This document shows, piece by piece, positions 23,700 to 37,800 of a stretch of DNA of 64,000 bases (positions within the stretch are counted from its first letter, which is position 1; each line of letters starts with the position of its first letter). Source of the stretch: Octopus vulgaris (taxonomy: Eukaryota); assembly GCA_951406725.2 (NCBI GenBank), contig OX597828.1, forward strand, positions 60,202,001 through 60,266,000, in the 5' to 3' direction. The notes under the pieces are model-generated. The model ran no database searches. It was not told where the DNA came from and worked only from the letters and a program-made list of their open reading frames with translations. The position numbers and the translations under genes were made by a program.

Positions 23700-26600
23700 T
23701 GTACTTCTTATATACACTGTTCAACCTGTTTTAACTCTATTTTTTATAATTTGTTTCTATGGTTATTATTAGTGCTCTCAATATACCCTTCAACACTATC
23801 CTTTTTTATCATTTCCAGTACTACTACTATTGAGATTTTTAGTATTTCAATTATTACTCATATTATTTTTGCCATTGTCTATATTACTATTTTTATCAGA
23901 ATTTTTTGGACAAGCTTGATTAGTATTGCAATCATTATTCAAAGGATTATTTCTGTCTTTACCCTCTTTAATGGTGTTAGTGACCTCCTGGATTATCTTG
24001 CTATTATTGAGCTTAAGAATGTAGTATTCTAAGTAATTAGATGTTGCATATAACAGTTTCACCTTATATCTGTTAAAAGTCTTGTGGTATTTATTAAATT
24101 AAGAAAAGTGCCTATCCAATGCAGTAAAGCAGTCCCTAGCAATCTTGGATAATGCGTGTAATCCAAAAAAGGAATTATACCATAAAACATCGCATTTTCT
24201 ATATTTGATGTTCAATCTGTTATGACTAGTATAATCTGTGGGAGGGTTGCTATCTCAAAAATTCTTGTTAGACTTATAATTAATATTTAGATTAACCCTA
24301 TTTTCCCCTTTAGTGTTATTCATTGTGCCATTTTTGTCTTTCTTGGGTTAAGACAACCACCTTCATCTATTTTGTGTTTGTAATTTCTTCTACTAAAGAA
24401 GTATACATTAATAAAATTATTATCAGGTATGTATTTAACTTTCTCAGTATATCCAACCCCAGCTAATGCTACATTTGCTGAAAATCTAGATATTCGATTG
24501 GATATATTGTTTACAATTCCCTTTATGATAGAGGGTGGGTGATTGAATTTTTTATTGACATACCCTAGATTTTTGTTTAGTTTATGGTATAATTTAGTAT
24601 CCAGACTAAATGTTTCATCAAGAAAGTTTACCCTACAGTAATTATTTTATGTAGTAACAGATAGTCCAAAATTTTTGCAGAACTTAAATAATCATCTCTC
24701 CATTTCTAATTTACACCCATCTAATATGATGAGAGGATTTTCCCTATATAGATTCCCCTGCCACCATCACTTCCCTGCTTAGAAAACCAGGTCTCTTTCT
24801 GGAATAGGAAATATATTCTGAGGAGATCAGTGACTTGTGCTGAGTTGCTTGATCCCATTACTATTATTATACTGAAACAGTCAACCCTATCAGATCTCAT
24901 CCATAGTTTATTACACTGTAATACAATTTATTTTTTCTAAATCTTTTCAATGTTTTGTGGTTTTTTACTTCTGATTTCAAAAATATCCTTAGATTTTACT
25001 TATCCTCAATATATTAAAAGATTGAAAGAAAAAGTGCTTTAATGACCTTATTTACATTATGTGACAATATCAATCAAGTAATATTTTTGTAATCATTTTT
25101 TGCATTTCACTTTAAGCAAAAAGGAAAATGTAAGTTTTATATGATGAGATTACACTAGAAATGCATTGAAGACTGTGTTTTCCTACTGTGAGATCATTTA
25201 TGGGCAAGTGACCATAGTCTCCCATCATGACAGTATCCCGGTCTTCCTTGGTATCTCTTCTCCATTGCAGCAGAGTCATGATGAAATCTCTCAATAAGAT
25301 CCTCACCTAAGTTTTCAGGAAAGAGTTTAAATATGAAGGACATTTGACAGCCTAAGTTCTTAAAACTCTCAATAAGCTTTATCACCAGCTGCTTGTAGTT
25401 GGGATCTTTGTCTGTTACCTAGGAAAGCATGAACTGTATCACAATATGTACACCATGCCTCTCTTTCAACATGACTCATTGCCTTTTCAAGTTTCTCTGG
25501 CTTCAACATTGATTGTAAGAGGTTGTCTGATAACACTTTGCTTTCCCAGCTGCATGTCATTTCATGGAGTCACTTAACATTCCAGTAGTGTTCATGATCA
25601 CTTTTGCTGTTCCATCAGTAAAGAAAGCACAAATATTTTGTGTATTCACCCTGCAATCCAAGCAAAAATGCATTCAGCTTAAAATCATCACAAACATTCC
25701 ACTTACAGTCCACATTGAAGAAGCTTTTTGACATTTTCGTATTCTTCTTCTATCTGCACAGAATATGCGGTAAGCAGAGATGGATACTGATTTTCACTAG
25801 GCAGTAAAACTGCTTTGAGGATTCTTGCTGAGCTGTCTGTGTAAAGTTGCCATTCTTTTTGGTCATTATCAATTCCAATAGCTGCAAACAAGCCATTTAT
25901 AACAACTTGAACTATAGTATGAGTTTTATTAAAAGAAAACTCTGCTAAACGGTTTTTAACCTTTACATTTTGATTATTTTAGCAAGCATATGAAATTTCG
26001 ATTAGATTTAAACATTATGATGAGATTTTCTTACATCTTCTGGTGGTTGTGGTACCAGTAACTTGTCATCATGGGCTTGTCTTTCTTTAACTCTTCTGTA
26101 CTTCATTACGTCAGTCATGCAAAAATAGCAATGATGGCCTTTTGGCTCTTGCTATACTCTTGGAATAGCAAAAGGCATGGCTCTTCTTGCATCTTGCACC
26201 TCTTAACCATTCTTCTAAATTAGATTGACAACTCCCACATATTACATGGCAGTGGGGCAAAGCTTATCTTGGCCAGCCAACAAAGTAGAGACTAAGCAGT
26301 CCAGTATTTGGCACCTTTCACAATTGTATGTGATACATGTTTTGTTCCAACATAGCATCTGCACATATAACAGAAAATTTAGAGTAATGTTCAGAATAAA
26401 GGGCAGAAATAGAAAAAAATATCAATATACACCTTAATGGACAATCCCTCTACTACACAAGAAAGGAATTCCTCAATTTTCTCAGACTGAAATGAAATTG
26501 GCATTCCTGCTGAGTACCATGAAAAGCTTATCACTGGTCATTCATTAGCAGTTTACATTGAGTCAAAAACACAATTTTCCCTAGCTAGCTCAAATTTTTA

Positions 26601-27250
26601 GTACAAATGAGCAGATGATCCTTCCCCTAAACAATACATCTGTTAATAATTAGCCTCATTTGATATATCTCAGCAACAGTCAGTAGTAGAGAAAAAGTAA
26701 AATCATTTTCAGAATCAACACAAAAAGTTGCATAATAAACACTTAAAAAATTAGGATAAACAATGCTTATGCAAAATTTTGTAACATTGTGTTATCAGAA
26801 TCTATCAGAGTGTATCTATATCTGACCTAGATAAATCAGAATTATGCACAGCATGACTGCAGCCTTGTGGCTGAATAAAAGAATGCAAAAATTTGAGCCT
26901 TAAGTAGTATAGGGTTAATAATAGAATAATAATTCGATATATCCAGTTGTATAAATTTGCTAATCTTTTGAACATCCAATAACCTCTAGTAAGAGTTTAA
27001 TCGTAGGTCTAAGATTCAGTAGTATTCTATCAATAATATTTTTACTAATGCTATCTATATCCAACTTAGATATAGGTAGGATTTTTTGTCTATTTCTTTA
27101 TTTCTGTATTTTGCATTTTCATTATAATCATATTTTGTCTATCACTATATCTTAGGATTTAGCTTTATCTATAAACTGCTGAAAATGACACATCACTTTC
27201 AGTATGCATTCTCATACTGAGTGAAATGATGGTAGGATCTAATGAAAGAC
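23700..27250 (-). mobile_element. Penelope-like RT remnant, split by the Chapaev3 insertion
   Basis: Minus strand MGSSNSAQVTDLL (~24840), VNFLD and PPSIIKGIVNNISNRISR (~24480-24630); after the insertion SKNIIDRI and QLDISNYYS (~26920-27070). Confidence 0.65.
24914..26791 (-). mobile_element. Chapaev3-like (CMC) DNA transposon, complete ends, decayed transposase
   Basis: TTA|CACTGTAATACAA ... TTGTAACATTGTG|TTA (CAC termini, 3-bp TWA TSD); minus ORFs EWQLYTDSSARILKAVLL and FPENLG..ERFHHDSAAMEKRYQG; family assignment from recalled motifs. Confidence 0.8.
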
Positions 27251-27599
27251 TTATTTAAACAATCACTTGAGGAGGTGCATTTTACACCTTGGATAGATGA
27301 TAATGATTACACAACATCTCACCAAAGTACTACAGGTATAAAAATTGTAACCTCTTTATATACACTCTATGAATACTATGGAATTCTTGATGTATATCCC
27401 GTAGCAAGAGCATTTCCATTGTATGATGACATCAGGTAGCCAATAACTGTGGACAACTTTTGCATAGCATATGTGTGTGTGTATAATTATATGTAATATC
27501 ATCATCATTGTTTATCATCTATTTTCTATGTTGACATGGGTTCATTTGTTTGACAGGAATTGGTCAGCTGCACCACTCTTGAATTGTCTGTTTTAGCAT

Positions 27600-28190
27600 G
27601 GTTTCTATGGCTATCAATCAACAAAAATGAACAAAAGAGACAGTTAAGCCCTTGGAACCCCAAGTTGCAACCAAAAATGTTGATTATGTCATATTTCTGT
27701 GGAATACATCACACAGGATTAGTAGCTGCCCAAAAATGTTATCATGGTACTACCACCATATACAACATGACATTGTACAATGCCATTTGAAAAACTGTCC
27801 TGAAATAAATTGAGAGAATCCCCCTGTTATACATACACAAATATCAACACAATAAATATTGGCAGAACACTCTCGAGACCAAATATTTGTTGTTTGGGAT
27901 GGACAAGAAAAAATATGTGCCATCATTGAGGTCAGCTACCCTGATGATATCAATATCTCTTCAAAATTCAAAGAGAAACAGGATAACTATGGACAACTGC
28001 TTTGAAAACTCCAGCTTCTTTATGAAGATTATAAATTCACATTTATACTAATTATAATTGGTGCACTTGGTTTTGTGAATAAATGCCTAAGTGACAATCT
28101 GGATAAGCTAGGATTTTCAGAAAAAGAAATTAACAGCTAATTTGCATGTTACAAATACAGTCTGTAAGTGGGATAGTAAAAGTATGCATG
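27600..28190 (+). mobile_element. R4/Dong-like RLE retrotransposon 3' fragment
   Basis: RP..VVWDGQEKICAIIEVSYPDDINISSKFKEKQDNYGQL..IIIGALGFV, a PD-(D/E)xK restriction-like endonuclease. Confidence 0.75.
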
Positions 28191-28699
28191 CTTTTCTCAG
28201 AGAGCAAAACAGAGGCTTTCATATTTGTTGACCTCAACAAAGCATTTGCCGTTGTAAGCAGAAAAGGTCTACAGCAAATCCTAGAGCATCTCCACATAAT
28301 CCCTTGACTTCCTGAGATCATGCAGTATGGTGAACTCTCCTCTGGTTACTGAGATAGAGGATCACCAATGAAAGGCTCCCTAAAGAAATCCTTCAGCATC
28401 TGTCACATTGATCACCATCAGTGGTCTGTTCTTATCCATGAGCATGAGACCTAATCTCAATGTTCTTTAGGCAACAGCCTTTTTTGAAGGCATCTGGAGA
28501 ATCCTTGCAGAGGTGGAGGAAAAATAAAGACACCATCACCAAGCCTGATTAGTCCACCTTCCTATTCAGTTTCTGTGGTTATGCCTGTTTGTCTCAAACT
28601 GGACTCATAGAGCATCAGCAAGCATAATTCTGATTTATCTAGGTCAGATATAGATACACTCTGATGGATTTTGATAACACAATGTTACAAAATTTTGAG

Positions 28700-29330
28700 C
28701 ACATCCCTCTTCATAAATCTTCATTTGTAAAGATAAGCCAAGGAGTGTGCATACATAGGTGTGTGTCGGTCGGTCGGTCATTCCAGAAGTTTTCGGAGTT
28801 TTACAGAAGAGACATTTTTTAATTTCAAAGAAATACAAAAACTCTAATCTCCTTCAAAGTAGGATCTTTTGCACTTGTAGCACTCTAGCCACTTCATGAA
28901 GGCCTCATGGAAGTCCTTTGAAATGAAGGTGTCCAGGACCCTTGTTACAGCCTCCTTCATCTCCTCCAGCATGGGGAACAACTAGAAGTCACAGAGAGCA
29001 AGGTCTGGAGTGTATATAGGGTGAGAGATAGTCTTGATGCCCATCTCTGTCAAGTAGTTGATTATCAGGATGGAATTATGGATTGGTGCAAGTGCTCTGG
29101 CCTTTTGCAACAAAATCTCTTCCTGAACTTCTTCAAAACCTCCACAAAGTACTCTTTGTTGACCATCTGGCCAGAGGGAACCAAATAGATGTAGATGATC
29201 AAAAAAGGGGGTCATCATGAGCTCCTTGGTGGACTTACACAGAGGAATTTTGACGATGTCCACTCACTGGAATTCATTCAACACTTGCAGTACAAGGTGA
29301 TGGAAAATCTAAGCAAGGGAATCAGGCTTT
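28700..29330 (-). mobile_element. mariner 3' fragment
   Basis: Minus ORF YLTEMGIKTISHPIYTPDLALCDF. Confidence 0.7.
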
Positions 29331-29479
29331 GGCAAGAGAGATGGGTGTTGGAATCACCACCATGAAGCTAGTACTGAATGAGGACCTATGATACCACTCC
29401 TACAAGAGGTGCAAGGGACAAATTCTGACAGGCGAGGCCCCCGAACAATTTGAGTCATCCTGTTGACCTGATGAAAAGA

Positions 29480-29850
29480 ACTTCTGCCAGGACCAGCTTC
29501 ATGACACAGAACAACAGGGGCTTTGTTTACAATCCATGTGATGTCCCATGTAATATGATAACCAAGATCCCCAAACTGTGATGTTTTTTTAATGTGTCTC
29601 CAGTGAAGGTAACATTATGTTACCCCTCATCTTTGAATAGGGCCTTAAGCTCAATTTAATGGCTATGTGAAGCTGCTGGAGACTATGGCCAATCCCTGGC
29701 TGGAGAGAACTACTGTCAATCTCTGGATGGAAGGCCATATATGTAGCAGCAGGATTCAGCTCTATGCCATGTCTCCTGAAAGAGTCAGAAGTGGTTGTTG
29801 GAGAATTTCTACAATTTCACCAGCCCCACGTTCTGGTTTCATACTTTGTG
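29480..29850 (+). mobile_element. maT/DD37D-like transposase fragment
   Basis: DEKNFCQDQ, VSSEGNIMLP, YVKLLET..PWLE, QQDSA; related to 10376-11480. Confidence 0.6.
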
Positions 29851-30699
29851 GATGCATATATATTTGAGCTTTAAGTTATCAGGAATGTCATATATATGGT
29901 AAGGCATGAAAAGGCAGAGTGATAAAACAAAATGAAAAATATAATGAAATAAAAGAGGGTAACAATAAGATATGATTAAAGAGAAATGGAATAAATAGTA
30001 ATATTAGAGTGATATGAGCAAGTACCAATGTAGAAGTATGGCCCTACCATTAAAGATAATAGTACAGTAACTGACTGAATTGTGTAATATTAACAGGTCT
30101 ATGTAATAAACTACATATAGTATGAGGTATAAATGTAAAAATCGTAGCAATTCTGTTGTGTATTTAGTGAAAAAGAGATACAGCAAATATAATAGAAAAA
30201 AGAACAGTGGAAGAAAAAATAATAAATATAACATAAATAAGTAGAAATAAAATTTTTTTAATTGACAGATTAGAAGAATGGATGGCAGGATTGTATAAGA
30301 AAGTAATATATATGGATACAAAGCATATGATTATACCTATGTGAAAAGAAAAAATCCCGGAATATACGTGTAAAAGAAACAAATATATGTGTGGAGATAT
30401 CATCACCATGTGTGACACAAGAAGGGTTGCCTGTAGTGGAGTTGGATGTTGTAAGGTGCAGAAATAGTAAGTACCATACCTAGGACAGAGTTAGGCCCAT
30501 ATGAAGGATGTCCTCAAGCAGTGGTGAGGTAACAGAAAGTGTGTACCAGTTATTAGACTAGGTGACAGGTCTACATATTAAGCTCAGGAGAATGACAAAC
30601 AAAGTGTCGGGCACCTAACAGAAAGCTACGGATTAGTGATTGGGTTTACTGAGTGAAATACCAGTACAGTTATAAATGTTTTGGATGTGGATTTAAGAT

Positions 30700-32290
30700 C
30701 TATGGACGATAAGGGAAATAAAAGAAGCCAGAGAAGAAGAAAGCTATGAAAATTCAGCAATGATCTTGTGGTATTTATGCAGGCATAGTATCAGAACTTT
30801 GTTACATTTGTTAATAATATTTCTAGTGCTTTGACTAAGTACAGGTTGCACTCACCCCCTCCTCCCACATATGGGAGTACAGTTCTCACCATTGACCAGA
30901 TTTCATATAGCACTTTCTTCAGTTTTATGTCCTATGATCAGCTCAGCCAAAGATGTAGACTTATGCTTACTAAAGTTCTTAAAAGAGTGGATGTGATTAT
31001 AGAATCTATGTTAAAATTGGGAAGATGTGGCTTCGATGTAGTGGAAAGTATTACTATAAGTAGTGACAGTGTCCCTGTAATCCATATTCTTCCTAAGCCA
31101 TTGGTTATCTAATGGACAGTTGGAAGGGATTCAAAAATTACATAACCCTGGAGAAGTTCAAATGAATGGAGTTTCATTTTAAGTCCCCAGTTCAACTGAA
31201 TTTCTTTCTGTGAATAGGTACCCTATGGTCCATTGCATGCTGCCTTTGAGAGCCATTATTGTGTTGGGCTGAACTAGGGTTAACAGGTTCAACCAGAAGA
31301 GCTATGCTGGGTCCTTATATATCTTAGGGTTCAGCTTTCTGTTATTTAGGGCAGCTAAATTTGGCACCAAGTTCGGTGTGGCTGAGTAGGATAACTTGAC
31401 ATTGTGTTGTTTGAATATTCTATGATATCTAAGTGTAGGGAGAAAACACTTATCAAGAGCCCTGACAAAGATGCCAGATTAATCAGTAGCAATGTTCAGT
31501 ATAGGGTGGTGGTGGTGGTGGTGGGGGTAAACCAAATTATATTCCTCTTGTGTAATTTGTTACTATGCTTCCTAGGTGGCAGATCTAAACACATCTGTTG
31601 ACTGTGTTAACTGAGGCTAGATATGCTCTTTCCCCCTAGGATGGGGTACCATAAGGTGTTGCTTAAGGTCTATTTTATTTAGGATCTTCGTTGCAGAATA
31701 CAGGTTTTGTAACCTACCGCCATGGTGGTCTATTTTAATGTTATTTGATGCATGGCTAAACCTAGTGCCCTCTAATTTAAATGACATCTAGAGGTGATTT
31801 GTAGAGAGAGCAAGTACGCCTCCCTGAGGCATATATAATATTTTCTCTGTTCTTAGCCCTGGCCAATGCTTCATTATAGTATTTGGCATTCTGCATGATG
31901 ATGTCACTGTTAGCAGACAGTCTCAGTATTCTAGTGGAGATACTATTTACTATCAATTTGATGACCACTCTAGGGTAATGAGGGTTTCTATTCACATACT
32001 GCAGATTTTCATGGGGTTTGTGACAAGCACTACACAAAACTATGTTTAGGTGCAATGTTACATCTAAGAAGTTTGTCACTCAAGTGTTCCTATCTATGGT
32101 AACAGCTAGTTCTCAGATACTGGAAAAAAAAAAAACTAATTCTTTTGCTTTTTCATTTTAGGTCTACTTTACTATATTTACAGAACGTGAACAGGGCATC
32201 ATCCCTCTATAAGTCCACCTCCTGTATCAGGAAAGACAGACTTAATTTGCTGTAATAAATACAACACTGCCAAGTCAGTAGATTGCATAT
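30700..32290 (-). mobile_element. Penelope-like element remnant (RT thumb plus GIY-YIG)
   Basis: Minus ORF 31777-32079 NFLDVTLHL..HKPHENLQYVN..ISTRILRLS..YYNEAL; RDDAL near 32200; YIEATSSQF.HRFYNHIHSF near 31000. Confidence 0.75.
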
Positions 32291-32429
32291 TTGATTCAGG
32301 TCTAATGTTTAAAACTGCAAATATGTAAATTTTTACTCGGAACTTTTGCATTAACTGGCAAAGAGAGCAGAGTTGATATGAAACAGTTGTAACTGATCAT
32401 TAAAAATGTGTTAAAGCCTTTCTTTGACC

Positions 32430-32790
32430 TATTTGGTTTCCCAACCACATGTTTCTAGGTTCAGCAACATGCGGAAGGGAAGCAAACTTCCATTCACACA
32501 ACTATGTATGGCACCTCAGGCAAGTGTTTTCTGCTATAGCCCTTGTTCTACCAAAGCCTTGTGAATGGATTTGGTAGATGTAAATTGCAAGCTCATCATT
32601 TGTGTGTGCATGTTTGTCCTCCACCTCCTCTTGATAATTGGTATTGGTTTGTTCACATCCAAGTTGCCTAGCAGTTCAGCAAAAGAGATCAATAAAATAA
32701 GTACCAAGCTTATAAAAAAAGTTCTGGGTCAATTTGTGTGGCTAAACCCTTCAAGACAGTGCCCTAGTATGGCCACAATCCATACTTATA
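32430..32790 (+). mobile_element. tRNA-derived SINE, old
   Basis: ccaaccacat..ggttcag..ggcaagtgttttctgctatagcc..aaataagtaccaagc. Confidence 0.65.
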
Positions 32791-33829
32791 TATATGATAA
32801 TTAGCACATTCAATTTTAATTGAATGTGTTGTGTAGGACACCTTAAACTGCTGTATACTTCTCGAGTTACCATCTCGCACCAACTACATTGGTTAATGAA
32901 ATGATCATCTGTACTAGTGGCTGGCACTACTGTATCACATGACTTCACTGTTACAATAAGATCGTCAGCAAAAGCCAGCCTTGCATCAAGTATAATTCCT
33001 GAATCAGGCTGCTCATTATGGTCTTGAGCATGTCATTTCATTTCATGTTATTCCTGTCTACTCAGAATAAAAACAAGTACCAGCTGAATGCTAGTGCATC
33101 TTTCTCTGCTTCCAGATAGGCCGGTTCAATGAGTGAGATAGTTGAGTGGATGTCAGTGTCTGCTCACAACTATATAGTCATCAAAAACAATTAACTAATT
33201 GCATGATACATGTTACCAAGCTTTATTCATTTATGGATGATGACTGGTTTTTATATGCATTTATATTTGTGCTTGTATGTGCACTGTAATTTTTTAATTG
33301 GTATAAAAACAAAGTTTGAAGATAACTGTAGAATAACATAAAAAACACTATGTGGAAAGTTTAATATTTTCCTATGATTGTATTTATGTGCATGTATATG
33401 TACATATAGGAACATACAGTTGAGAAAAAGTTACTCCATGCTTCATATGTAGGCTGAAGCACTATTTTCAATGAACAGACATCAACAATCAGCCTACTTA
33501 TGATACAGAATTTTTCACTTGTAACTTTTGGTAGTCTTCCCCGCCAAAAGGTCTTTAGAATGGATGATTCAAAGATCCTGAAGTTAATGACCTTATATTC
33601 AAACTGTGTAGCAACCAAGGAAAAAGTATTTTTATTGAAAGAAAATGATTAAATTGGTATTTATATTTTTGTATCCTCCCCAAAATCTAGACTTGTTTAC
33701 TTTGAGTTGTGACTGGTTCAGTGATAAAACATTTAATGTTGTCCCAGCTGGTAATTGTATATCATTCATGTTTTTGTAAATGAATCTCACTCTCCATGGG
33801 ATTGCACCAAAAAATTCCCCTCCGAGGCA

Positions 33830-34105
33830 CAAGTCTGGACAAGGTTGTTTATGGAAGACCAGTAATCATCCATGCATACCAGCCTCCTCTCTCTATGCCA
33901 CTGATGTTATCCAAGGGTAAGGCAAAGGCTGATACAGATTGGCACTAGTGACGTTGCAACTCATTTCTACAGCTGAGTGAGCTGGAGCAACATGAAATGA
34001 AGTGTCTTGCTCAAGAACACAACACATAGCCCAGTCCAGGAATCAAACTCACTACCTCATGATTGTGAGCCCAATACTCTAACCACTGAGCTATGCACCT
34101 TCACC
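33830..34105 (-). mobile_element. tRNA-derived SINE (second family)
   Basis: Minus strand ggtgaaggtgcatagctcagtggttagag (A box)..gtgagtttgattcc (B box)..gttcttgagcaagacacttcatttc. Confidence 0.75.
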
Positions 34106-34167
34106 ATAAACTAATAAATAACTACATTATTTTATCTAGCAGTATTTATTCTATAAAAAATGATATA

Positions 34168-34410
34168 GGTGCAGGCATAGCTGTGTGGTAAGCAGCTAGC
34201 TTCCCAACCACATGGTTCTGGGTTCAGTTCCACTGCATGGCACCTTGGGCAAGTGTCTTCTACAATAGCCTCAAGCCAACCAAAACCTTGTGTATGGATT
34301 TAGTAGGTGAAAACTGGAAGAAGCCTATCGTATATATATATATATATATAAATTCAAGGTGATGCCAGAGTATGGCCACAGTCTGATGACTGAAATGAGT
34401 AAATGATAAA
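34168..34410 (+). mobile_element. tRNA-derived SINE
   Basis: ggtgcaggcatagctgtgtggtaag..gggttcagttccactgcatggcaccttgggcaagtgtcttctac. Confidence 0.8.
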
Positions 34411-34475
34411 AAATATATAAAACATGAAGTTTAAAACATTTTAATAAGCAATAATGTTGATTTTGTTCTTTTTAG

Positions 34476-34645
34476 GTTGTCTTGAAAATTTGGAGTCTTT
34501 ATATATAAATGACAACCCTGAACTTCACAGTCTCCCATATGAATTGGCTTTATGTGGAAACTTACAGATTATGAGCATAGAAAATTGCCCTCTGAGTCAA
34601 ATTCCTGGAGAAATTGTAAACAAAGGACCATCTCTTGTTATTCAG
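34476..34645 (+). CDS. SHOC2: SHOC2 penultimate coding exon (170 nt)
   Basis: tttTAG acceptor, CAG|GTTATT donor; (G)[56 protein letters not shown] vs recalled human [56 protein letters not shown]. Confidence 0.96.
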
Positions 34646-34769
34646 GTTATTACATTGTTGACATTTTATTATTTTATATTTTCTTCACTTAAATCTGAAT
34701 TTGTCACTTTTTGTGAATATTCTATTTATCAAATGTTTTGATAATTCAGTTTTTTATTTATTTTTCCAG

Positions 34770-34808
34770 TTCCTGAAGCTGCGTGGTCCTTACTATTGTC
34801 AGATGTGA
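34770..34808 (+). CDS. SHOC2: SHOC2 terminal coding exon to stop codon
   Basis: ttttcCAG acceptor after a 124-nt intron; FLKLRGPYYCQM-TGA vs recalled human FLKMQGPYRAMV*. Confidence 0.93.
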   Translation, partial: FLKLRGPYYCQM

Positions 34809-37800
34809 GAATAAGAAAAATAGAAGACTATATTACCTTTTATATTCCATCACTGTTCTTACTATTGCTGTTCAAGTGATGCTACTAATTTTGCTGGGCT
34901 GCCAATACTGCTGTTATTGTTGTTCTCTTAGATATACCAATACCAGTTTGCTTCATTAAATAGTCAGTCATCTTTGTGATGTATCTGCCTCTCCAATCTT
35001 TCTTTCTAAATATACAGTTTCAGTTTCTCAAGTTTTTTTACACAACAGTTTATGAATCTACTGGCTAATGTTAGATCTCTTTAGATGATTAATTCAATTA
35101 CCACTATTATTTTTAAGTAGAATTTTTCTCTATCTGTCTCTCTAATAGTGCCCAGTTAAAATCAACCAGGCCTTTCAATTGCAAACAGTTTACAGTTTTT
35201 CCCTAGTACTAGACAGCTATATTGGGCTATTTTTGCCTGTCCTTCCTATACTTCAGCTTCATAATAATTTTAAAGAATAAATTAATGTCTAATGAATCAG
35301 TGTAACTACAGAAAGTATAAGGATTCACAAATGGATAATTGAAAGCTATGTGTCTTGGAAATAGATAATTTCATTTTTTTTTAATCTGCTGATAAATATA
35401 TATATCATAATAATAAAAAAGGCTTTTGCTGCTGGCACTAATTTCTGTTATATCACCTCATCCCTGCTGATATTTTTTTTTTATATTTATTCATTTTTCC
35501 CCACAGCTCTTTCTGTATTCAAATTTTGTATGAACTTGCCCAAATCACAGAAATTGATTTATGATATTGTCCTTGTGCATTTTTAAAAATAACATACTAT
35601 AATTTAGTATGTACTAATATTAATTCAATTGAATCAAACAGTTTTTTTTTTAGTAATTTTCACAACAGAACATTTTGTTTCTTTAGCTTTTTTTTTTTTT
35701 GTATAAATCATTCCTATTCTTCAGTAATTATTTTATAATATTTTATTTTCATAAAAGTTTATATTATTTAATTTTTATTTTAGTCACTTATTCATATTTC
35801 ATTTGTTCATATTTTTTTAAGAAAATAAAAACTTTCAAGGAAATGTCTATTAACAAAGAACATGAACCCTCTTGTTTTAATATGACATGAAAACATGCCT
35901 CCCTTTCATTGACTCTTGCTTTATATTTATTTGATTGACTCTATTTGCTCTATACTTCCAAGATCACTTCAGAAATAATGTTAATCCCTTTGCACATATC
36001 AAAAATGTGCTAATTTATTTAAGGAACCAAATATTTGTCAAATTTAGGCTTTGCTAACATTTGAATCAATTTTAAATGGTTACAATTTCACCACACCACC
36101 TGAATTTTATGAATTTTATTAAAAAGAACAAATCCTAGCAGGAAATAATGTTAGCATCTCAAGCAATACTTCAACCAGGATTTACTCACAGGTATCAGTT
36201 CTGAGTCTGACTTTTTATCAGGGAATAAGGGAAAACATTTTTCATTGATAAAGATTTTAAAAAAATCTACTGAATTCACTTCAATTAATAAATCATTTCT
36301 GAAATATTAATTTTGTTGATATTATTACCTTTTATAATTGTTATTCAATTATGCTGATGCAGCACTGAAATCTCACTTGTAAATAGGCAAAGTTCAGTGC
36401 GAGTTAAGTGTCTACAGAAAAGTATGTTAAATACTAAGAAATGAGAGAACAAAACAAGAAATAGTAAAATTAACATTACCTTCTGTTTTTTATTTATTTA
36501 TTTTTTTTTTTTTTTGAGTGATTACAGCTGCTAACCAAATATTAAAAATTTCCACAAACAAAAATGAGATTTATTTTATGAAATAAAAAATTGTATGTTT
36601 AGTAAGAAAAATATATGCATTTTTAAAAATATATATAGAACACGTTTTTAGCATTAATTTTTATAATGCTTTTTTTTCTTTTTCTGTTTTTTTTTTTTTT
36701 TTTTCTTAATAATTTGAAAAAAACTAAAATAAATAACAGTTGCAATTACAGTAAATCTGTTTAAATTAAATGAGAGAATAAGAAAAATTTATGTTCATTT
36801 TCTTACTTTATTAACATTGTTAATTCATCAGATTTTGCTACACTTTTATTTATGTTATGAAGAGATTATTTTCCAATGATCTTTTCATTTTATTAGTATT
36901 TTCATTTCTTATTTTATTTCAAATGTAAAATATTTTGAAACACTTAAATTTATCGTATTTTCTCTTTTTCCCTTCTTTTCTACTCTTTCATTCTCTAGTC
37001 TTATTTTCATAAACTTCTTAATTCTAAAGAAAGTATATTAAGAATTTAAGGAAACTGACGATTATCTATACATGCAAAACAGTTTTATAAAGTTTGCAAA
37101 ATTGAATAAAATATGTGTGCTATGAGGAGGGATTAATTCTAATTCAGTAAAATATTTATTCCAAAACATCAATGATATTTGATGCTATTTATATTTTCTT
37201 TCACTCTTTTTGTTAAGAATATTTCCTATCTTAGGATAAAAATCCCTAATATGATGAAAGTGAATGGAAGAAAAGTTATTTAACTTAGTAAATCTTGTTG
37301 AAATTTATTGTTTTTGTTCAAAGTTTGTACATTGAATAGTTAATTACATAAATGTAAATCACAAGAAATAAATATATTTGACAAATGGACACCAAACTGC
37401 TCAAAATGTTGTTTTAATCAAAATCAGAAAAGACAAAGATACCTGCCTAGAAAACTTTTGTATCAATAACACATGCACACACAAACACATAAAAGCATTG
37501 TTTAAAATGTGTTTTCTTTAGAAATATATTTGTTAAAGACTTTTTATGTTAAAATGTGTTTATATTTAGATGAACCTCCCTCTCAAAGTCAATAAGTTTT
37601 ATATTGGTATGAATCCAGAAAATTTTAGAAGAAAGAAAGTAGGAAGTTATTTATGTTTTTACAAGGGCATTAGAAAAGTAAGTGAAACAAACAGTTTCAG
37701 TTAGTTATTAAAATTCAGTCATTGAGTTAGTTCACCAAAAACTGGTAGCATATCTTCTAAATTCTCTAATGATAATGATCATTTGTTAATTTTGCTTGAA

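Noticed and set aside
34794-34808. SHOC2 C-terminus ..YCQM as a CaaX prenylation motif
   Set aside because: Cys is third from the end, not fourth, so it is not CaaX.
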